The translations under genes and the position numbers were made by a program. Shown piece after piece: positions 37,715 to 44,383 of a stretch of DNA of 44,383 nucleotides; position 1 is the first letter of the stretch, and every line of letters starts with the position of its first letter. The notes under the pieces were generated by a model, which did no database searches, was not told the origin of the DNA, and worked only from the letters and a program-made list of their open reading frames with translations. Location of the stretch: assembly GCA_020847415.1 (NCBI GenBank), contig JADLBZ010000036.1, positions 1 to 44,383 on the forward strand. The letters are read 5' to 3'. Origin of the DNA: Planctomycetota bacterium (GTDB lineage: Bacteria; Planctomycetota; UBA8742; UBA2392).

Positions 37715-38326
37715 CTATTGGCAGTACAGGCCCTCGGCCTCGATGTAGTCCGCCACCGGGGCGGGCACCCAGTGCCGCCAGGGACGGCCCTGCCCTGCAG
37801 CCGCCCGAATGGCCGTGGACGAGATCTCGGTGGGGGGCATGGCCACCAGCTCGCGCTGCAGGGAATCCACGGCGGCATCGCCCAGGGGCGCGCGCAGGGG
37901 CTCGAACACGTCCATGGTGAAGCCCGGCCGAAGCACGGGCACAAAGCGCACCAGTTTCAGCAGCAGGCCGATGCTGCGCCAGCGGGGCAGGTCCGCCACC
38001 ATGTCGCCGCCCACAATGAAGAAGAACTCGTCGCGCGGCTGGCGGGTGCGCAGCTCGCGGATGGTGTCAATGCTGTAGCTCTTGCCGGGGCGGCGGGTTT
38101 CCAGGTCCTGCACACCCAGGCCCGGCTGGGTGCCGGCCGCCAGGCGGGCCATGGCCAGCCGCTGGGTGACATCGGCGTGGTTGTGCTTGGCCTGGGCATG
38201 AGGGCTCTGGCCGCTGACCAGCAGGTCTACCCGGTCCAGGTTGCGCGCCCGGCGCACAGCCGCAGCCACCAGCAGGTGTCCGTGGTGAGGAGGATCAAAG
38301 GCGCCGCCCAGAAGCCCGATGCGCAT
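37715..38326 (-). CDS. nadD: Nicotinate-nucleotide adenylyltransferase
   Basis: 203 aa from the ATG at 38326. MRIGLLGGAFDPPHHGHL (HxGH motif) and ISSTAIR near the C-terminus. The ORF-track extension to 38599 reads through REP repeats and the RAYT 3' end. Confidence 0.9.
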   Translation of the reverse strand: MRIGLLGGAFDPPHHGHLLVAAAVRRARNLDRVDLLVSGQSPHAQAKHNHADVTQRLAMARLAAGTQPGLGVQDLETRRPGKSYSIDTIRELRTRQPRDEFFFIVGGDMVADLPRWRSIGLLLKLVRFVPVLRPGFTMDVFEPLRAPLGDAAVDSLQRELVAMPPTEISSTAIRAAAGQGRPWRHWVPAPVADYIEAEGLYCQ

Positions 38327-38358
38327 GCCACCAGCATGGCGCAGCGCGCCGATCTTGG

Positions 38359-38463
38359 GTAGGGGCGCAGCCGCGCCCCGGCATGAGCATGAACGGGCAA
38401 GGGCGCAGCAGTGCCCCGGCATGAACATGAACGGGTAAGGGCGCAGCAGTGCTGCGCCCCTAC
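38359..38463. repeat. REP array A (about 3 units, 38-39 bp period)
   Basis: gtaGGGGCGCAGCCGCGCCCC (38359-38379), GGGCGCAGCAGTGCCCC (38401-38417, half palindrome) and GGGCGCAGCAGTGCTGCGCCCCtac (38439-38463). They are separated by conserved ggcatgaRcatgaacgggYaa spacers. Confidence 0.85.
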
Positions 38464-39131
38464 TGTGCTTCCAGCCACGGTTCGGACTCTGAGTCCCCGG
38501 CGTGCTCTGGGTTGAAGCGATCGAGGGCCCATCGCAGTGGGTTGAGGTGGATGTAACGAAGAGCCGCTGTCCATTCGTTGGCCCGAAGCACCCGATCATG
38601 GAAATTCCGCTGCCAGAGCCGCTCGGAGCTCAGGCCAGCTTCTCGTGCCCGCTTAGTAACGGCGGCCTTGAATGAACGAACAATCGCACCCAATGAACCC
38701 GGCTGCACGTTGTGTGGTGTCACACCGCGAATACCACGTAGGGGCGCAGCATGCTGCGCCCCTGCTTCGCGTGCGGAACGCGCCTTCGCTGTCCATGCCG
38801 GCGTGGGCGTGATTTGCACGATGCCGTGAATGTGGTTGGGCATGACCACATGCGCCGGGATGACGACAGCCGGAAAGTGCGCCGGGATCTCGCGCCAGCA
38901 ATCGTCTGCAACGCGGCCCAACCCCGACAATTCGACATGCGCCGCGTGGCCTTCGTCGGCCTCCCGCGCGGACAAGATGCCCCCGTGCGCAAGGGTCTCG
39001 CCGCGCACCACACGGCCCAGCAAACACCGTTGTTCCGCAACGCAAACAGGTACGAAGTAACCCGCCGGCGCCGAGTAGTCGCAGCCGCGCCAACGATGGG
39101 ATGTGCGATCACGTTCCGATCCTTGCGTCAC
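38460..39131 (-). CDS. REP-associated tyrosine transposase (RAYT; IS200/IS605 TnpA-like HUH enzyme)
   Basis: About 223 aa from the GTG at 39131. N-terminal RWRGCDYSAPAGYFVPVCV, HUH motif VMPNHIHGIVQI, GSLGAIVRSFKAAVTK, RNFHDRVLR, and the catalytic-Tyr region LRYIHLNPLRW. The ORF-track N-terminal extension (39132-39323) is a translation of REP repeats. Confidence 0.85.
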   Translation of the reverse strand: MTQGSERDRTSHRWRGCDYSAPAGYFVPVCVAEQRCLLGRVVRGETLAHGGILSAREADEGHAAHVELSGLGRVADDCWREIPAHFPAVVIPAHVVMPNHIHGIVQITPTPAWTAKARSAREAGAQHAAPLRGIRGVTPHNVQPGSLGAIVRSFKAAVTKRAREAGLSSERLWQRNFHDRVLRANEWTAALRYIHLNPLRWALDRFNPEHAGDSESEPWLEAQ

Positions 39132-39156
39132 AAACGCATTATGCCGATTGTGCGGC

Positions 39157-39348
39157 AAGGGCGCAGCATGCTGCGCCCCGGCATGAACATGAACGGGCAA
39201 GGGCGCAGCAGTGCCCCCGCGTGAGCATGAACGGGTAAGGGCGCAGCACACTGCGCCCCGGCGTGAGCATGAACGGGCAAGGGCGCAGCAGTGCCGCGCC
39301 CCGGCGTGAGCATGAACGGGCAAGGGCGCAGCAGTGCTGCGCCCCTAC
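39157..39348. repeat. REP array B (5 units, 38-42 bp period)
   Basis: Units start at 39159, 39201, 39239, 39281 and 39323. The consensus is GGGCGCAGCA-NN-TGCTGCGCCCC, with palindromic arms varying in completeness, plus the conserved spacer ggcRtgaRcatgaacgggYaa. The array ends ...CTGCGCCCCTAC at 39348. Confidence 0.9.
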
Positions 39349-39371
39349 GTCCCTACATGACTGTGACTTGC

Positions 39372-41225
<1,854 letters not shown>

Positions 41226-41302
41226 GGCCAACCTTTCTCGCGTCGCTAGCCGGGCTCTGCCCGGATCCTGCCCCGTAATGCCCCGTAATGCCCCGTCTGC
41301 GT

Positions 41303-42613
41303 TTACTGTTTAGGTATGACGGCAATGCCGTTGATGCCGATGGAGCCGGGCCCGATGGTCAGGCTCAGGTCTTCGTTCCCGCGTCGCACCAACACCTGCA
41401 CGGATTGTCCTTCCGCCACGCCGCCCTTGGCGGCGTTCACGTCCTGCAGGTTCTTCACGGCCACGCCGTTGTAGCGGGTCATGATGTCGCCCACCTGGAT
41501 GCCGGCCAGCGCACCCTGCCCGTCCTGGGCCACAAAGGTGATCATCACCCCTTCCACCGTGGCGTTGCGCGCGGCCATCTGCTGGCCGGCGGCCTTGCGC
41601 ACCTCGGGGTCGGGGTCATTGGCGGCGGCATGCTCAATGGCGGCCCAGGCCTCCGGCGTGTCCTTGCCGGCCAGGGACGTGACCGCCTGCTTGCGGGCAC
41701 CCGCGTTGTCGGTGTTCGTGCTCAGGTAGTCGGTGAGGTAGCGCACCGAGGCCGGGTCCGGGATGTCGTTCAGGGCCGTGATCGCCACCGTGGATTCGTA
41801 GCCCTTGGAGGCCAGCAGGATGTCGCCGGCCAGCCGCGCCCGGTCTGCCGCGGGCTCACTGGTCCACCAGGCAAGGCCGTACAGCGACGAGATGCGGAAG
41901 CCCTGGTCTACGTTGGGGTCGGTCAGGCCCTTGTGCACCAGGCCATAGGTGGTGATCAGCGACGTGTATTCCTGGAAGTTCAGGCCCAGGGTGTTGGGCC
42001 CCTGCCCGAAGGGGTTCAGGCCGAAGTCCGCGGCCACCTGCTTCCACATGGCAATGGCGTCGTCATAGGCGGCGGGTCCCAGCTTCTGAAGGTCCCAAAG
42101 CGCTGCGATGGCGGCCTTCTTGTCCTTGGTGGCAAAGGCGCGCTCGAACTCGGCCTTGCCGCTCTCGATGCGCCGGGCGATTTCCTCAGGCGAGAAGTGC
42201 GAGAGGATGCCGTTGTCCTCGAGCAGCTTCTCGAGTTGCTCGACCCTGGCATTCTTCTGGCGCAGGGCTTCGTCGCTGCCGGCCTTGAGCGTGTCGTACT
42301 TGTCCTTGTACTCGCGGGCCTTGGCCTGCAACTCGGCCTTGTCGTCTGCCACGCGGCCCAGTTCGGCGGCCATGTCGCCGCCGGCATTCAGCGTGCGCTC
42401 GCGTTCCTTGCGGGCGTCCTCGGCTTCGCGGGCGGCTTTCTCGCGGCCCAGCCGCGCTTCATCCAGCTCGGCCTGCAAAGCGCCCACTCGGCGCTCGGCG
42501 GCAGCCAGGTCGCCTTGCGCGTCGCGGTTGGGCCCGAACAGGTACATGCCGCCCACACCGGCCGCCAGGCCCAGCAGGGTGCAGAAGACCGCGGTTGTCG
42601 TACCCTTTTCCAT
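41303..42613 (-). CDS. Membrane-anchored coiled-coil / HEAT-like repeat / C-terminal PDZ protein
   Basis: 436 aa from the ATG at 42613 (AAGGAAG 5 nt upstream). TM TAVFCTLLGLAAGVGGMYLF, then about 130 aa of charged coiled-coil, then HEAT-like repeats (...NDPDPEVRKAAGQQMA). C-terminal PDZ-like VAQDGQGALAGIQVGDIMTRYNGVAVKNLQDVNAA...VQVLVRRGNEDLSLTI. Confidence 0.7.
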   Translation of the reverse strand: MEKGTTTAVFCTLLGLAAGVGGMYLFGPNRDAQGDLAAAERRVGALQAELDEARLGREKAAREAEDARKERERTLNAGGDMAAELGRVADDKAELQAKAREYKDKYDTLKAGSDEALRQKNARVEQLEKLLEDNGILSHFSPEEIARRIESGKAEFERAFATKDKKAAIAALWDLQKLGPAAYDDAIAMWKQVAADFGLNPFGQGPNTLGLNFQEYTSLITTYGLVHKGLTDPNVDQGFRISSLYGLAWWTSEPAADRARLAGDILLASKGYESTVAITALNDIPDPASVRYLTDYLSTNTDNAGARKQAVTSLAGKDTPEAWAAIEHAAANDPDPEVRKAAGQQMAARNATVEGVMITFVAQDGQGALAGIQVGDIMTRYNGVAVKNLQDVNAAKGGVAEGQSVQVLVRRGNEDLSLTIGPGSIGINGIAVIPKQ

Positions 42614-42640
42614 GCGCACTTCCTTGGCTTGGTGCCGCAG

Positions 42641-44383
42641 CTAGCTGCCCGTGGTGGCCAGGGCGGGGTCAGATTGCGGCTGATCCGGCCGCCGGGCCAG
42701 CAGTTCGCGCTTCTTGGCTTCCAGCAGTTCCGCCAGCTTGTGCTGCCTTGTCTTGCGGTCCGCCATGTCCTCCATGTAGCGCTTCAAGAAGTAGTCAATT
42801 GTCTCGGTGCGGATCTTGATGGCGCCGGTGGGCTTGTTCTCGTCAATGTCGTGGAAGGTGAAGTAGGGCGTGCGGCTGGCCGACACGATCTCTTCCACCA
42901 CGCTGTAGATGGGTGCATCGTGGCCGCATTTGAAGCTGGACAGGTCCAGGGCCACCAGGTTGGGGTGGCGCGCCACGTACTTGGCTCCCCACACCTTCTG
43001 GGCGCTGTTGGTGCTGTAGGCGTTCTTCCAGACGTCCAGCACGCTCATGGGGTCGGTGATGCGGCCGCTGCGCAGGTCCTCGGCGAACACTTCGCGCAGG
43101 ATGTCTTCCTCAATTGGCAGCGAATCAAGATTGAAGACGGGGTAGCCCATCTTCTGGAGTTCCTCGACGATCTCGTGGTTGATGCCGGGGTCGCTGTGGT
43201 AGGGGCGGCCCAGAACCACGACGCCCAGCTTGCCCTCGCGCTTCAGGCGCTCCAGGGTCTCGCGGGCAGGCTTGCGCAGGTCCTCGTTGCGGAACTTGTC
43301 CATCGCCGCGTACGCCAGCTTCAATGCTACCGCGTTTTCTTCCTTGGTGATGCCGAACTTTTCGCTGAAGAAGCGGTAGAGCTGGCGCTCGGCCTGGACG
43401 GGGACATACAGGTCCACCACCGGGTTCCAGTACTCCATGTTCTTGTCGGCAAACAGGTCGCCTTCCTTGGTGAAGGCCGCCTTGATCACCTCGGGCGTGG
43501 CGGTCACCGTGGGGCAGGCGCACGAGTTGATGAGCTGGGTCAGGTCCGTCTGCAACGTTGCCGGGATGGGGAAGAGAATGGCGTTGACCGGCTTCTTGTA
43601 GAGCAGGTTGTGCACGTGGGCCAGCGCCACCTTGGCCGGGAAGCACTGGTCAATGCTGCCGCGCCGTGAACCCTCCTTGTACATGGTCTCGTTGGTGTAG
43701 TCCGACCAGACCAGGTTCTTGGCGGGAATGCCGATGGCCTCCAGGTAGGTGCTCCAGAAGGGCCCTGTGTTGTACATGTTCAGGGCCTTGGGCAGGCCGA
43801 TCTTGATCTCCTTGCGGCGGGCGCGGCGCTGCATCTGCGCCTTCACCCGCGGCAGCATGATCTTCTCCAGCAACCCGGGCTTGTAGTCGTCGGGCGCCAC
43901 CACCGGCGGCTCGTAGCTTTCAAAGGCCTTGCGCGCCGCGACGTCCACGAAGTTGGGGTTCGCCTTCTTGATGTCGTCCAGGCGGCCCTTGATCTTGCGC
44001 ATCTCGTTGACGTCTTCCACCGAGCCCTTCTCGCAGGTGGCAATGATGAAGCGCCGGGAGTCGCCCTGGGGCGTCCTGGTGTCAATGAACGTGCGCAGGC
44101 ACTTGTTCTTGCAGAAGTAGCAGCGGGTGCTTTCGTCGCGCTTGCTGGAGTAGTCCAGCCCGAACAGCGACTCGAAGCCGATGAAATGCGTGTGGCCGTG
44201 GCGTTGCGTGACACGGATGGACTCAATGGCGCAGCCGATGGCACCCGACTCGCCGCAGAACTTGTGCACGATCACTTCCGCGTCCGGCACCTTGCTCTTG
44301 ATGAAGTCCACTTGTGACTTCACCGCCGCCAGGTTGCGCTGCGTGCCGCCCTGCAGCACGAACTTGCGCCCCAGCTTGGCCAG
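42641..44383 (-). CDS. BcrAD/BadFG-type activase ATPase C-terminus fused to a DUF2229/dehydratase-like module; 5' end beyond the right edge (partial)
   Basis: The frame is open to base 44383 (...LAKLGRKFVLQGGTQRNLAAVKSQVDFIKSKVPDAEVIVHKFCGESGAIGCAIES is the end of an acetate/sugar-kinase-fold activase domain). It continues with KIGLPKALNMYNTGPFWSTYLEAIGI, CFPAKVALAHVHNLL and CPTVTATPEVIK, typical of the CoA-enzyme-activase-associated domain. Confidence 0.75.
   Translation of the reverse strand: MAKLGRKFVLQGGTQRNLAAVKSQVDFIKSKVPDAEVIVHKFCGESGAIGCAIESIRVTQRHGHTHFIGFESLFGLDYSSKRDESTRCYFCKNKCLRTFIDTRTPQGDSRRFIIATCEKGSVEDVNEMRKIKGRLDDIKKANPNFVDVAARKAFESYEPPVVAPDDYKPGLLEKIMLPRVKAQMQRRARRKEIKIGLPKALNMYNTGPFWSTYLEAIGIPAKNLVWSDYTNETMYKEGSRRGSIDQCFPAKVALAHVHNLLYKKPVNAILFPIPATLQTDLTQLINSCACPTVTATPEVIKAAFTKEGDLFADKNMEYWNPVVDLYVPVQAERQLYRFFSEKFGITKEENAVALKLAYAAMDKFRNEDLRKPARETLERLKREGKLGVVVLGRPYHSDPGINHEIVEELQKMGYPVFNLDSLPIEEDILREVFAEDLRSGRITDPMSVLDVWKNAYSTNSAQKVWGAKYVARHPNLVALDLSSFKCGHDAPIYSVVEEIVSASRTPYFTFHDIDENKPTGAIKIRTETIDYFLKRYMEDMADRKTRQHKLAELLEAKKRELLARRPDQPQSDPALATTGS

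Larger units (their letters stand above)
38359..39348 (-). mobile_element. RAYT gene with flanking REP arrays (REP/RAYT unit)
   Basis: The outer ends GTAGGGGCGCAG (38359-38370) and CTGCGCCCCTAC (39337-39348) are inverted copies. The unit sits between the dehydratase-like gene stop (39372) and the nadD start (38326). Confidence 0.8.

Noticed and set aside
38327-38599. N-terminal extension of the nadD ORF. Likewise 39132-39323 for the RAYT ORF, plus the small ORFs 38227-38574, 39128-39313 and 39263-39634.
   Set aside because: These are translations of REP palindromes (recurrent GAQHAAPL / PVHAHAG peptides), not protein-coding sequence. The conserved N-termini start at 38326 and near 39131.
38359-39348. 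The two repeat arrays (38-42 bp period) could be read as a small CRISPR locus.
   Set aside because: The sequences between the palindromic cores are conserved rather than unique spacers. The unit length is too short for repeat plus spacer. No cas genes are present, and the arrays flank an HUH transposase. This is REP/RAYT organisation.

Overview
GC-rich bacterial chromosomal segment. The protein architectures (secreted prenyltransferase/terpene-cyclase-like repeat protein, giant carboxypeptidase-regulatory-like repeat protein, Zn-ribbon Ser/Thr kinase fused to WD40, TPR plus HExxH proteins) resemble Planctomycetota/PVC-type genomes, but the taxon is inference only. I support about 33 protein genes, one tRNA-Ala(CGC), several GC-rich terminator hairpins and one small mobile/repeat element. 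Recognisable genes: acyl-CoA dehydrogenase, phoU-phoB-phoR-like operon, MoxR AAA+ ATPase, K+-dependent-type membrane pyrophosphatase (hppA), uvrC, alr, a class I methyltransferase, NfeD-like plus flotillin pair, and nadD. Less ordinary content: (1) three tandem divergent paralogues of an unassignable secreted protein family (10021-14010) beside a MoxR lacking its usual partners. (2) A HerA/YjgR-like P-loop ATPase fused to an acidic linker, a wHTH-like segment and an unassigned C-terminal domain (30871-33138), divergent from the kinase-WD40 gene and followed by NfeD/flotillin. (3) A split BcrAD/BadFG activase and dehydratase-like cluster interrupted by a TM/coiled-coil/HEAT/PDZ gene, whose last gene ends in a His/Cys-rich tail (39372-44383). 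(4) A REP-associated tyrosine transposase (RAYT) flanked by arrays of its palindromic REP, with one REP copy inside its own coding sequence (38359-39348). (5) An hppA with an extra N-terminal TM segment and a roughly 50-aa loop insertion. (6) Two ORFs the ORF track misses: a 37-aa highly basic protein and a left-edge secreted nonapeptide-repeat protein. The many very long ORFs antisense to these genes are treated as GC-rich artefacts. No search or computation was run; all family calls rest on motifs read from the translations.
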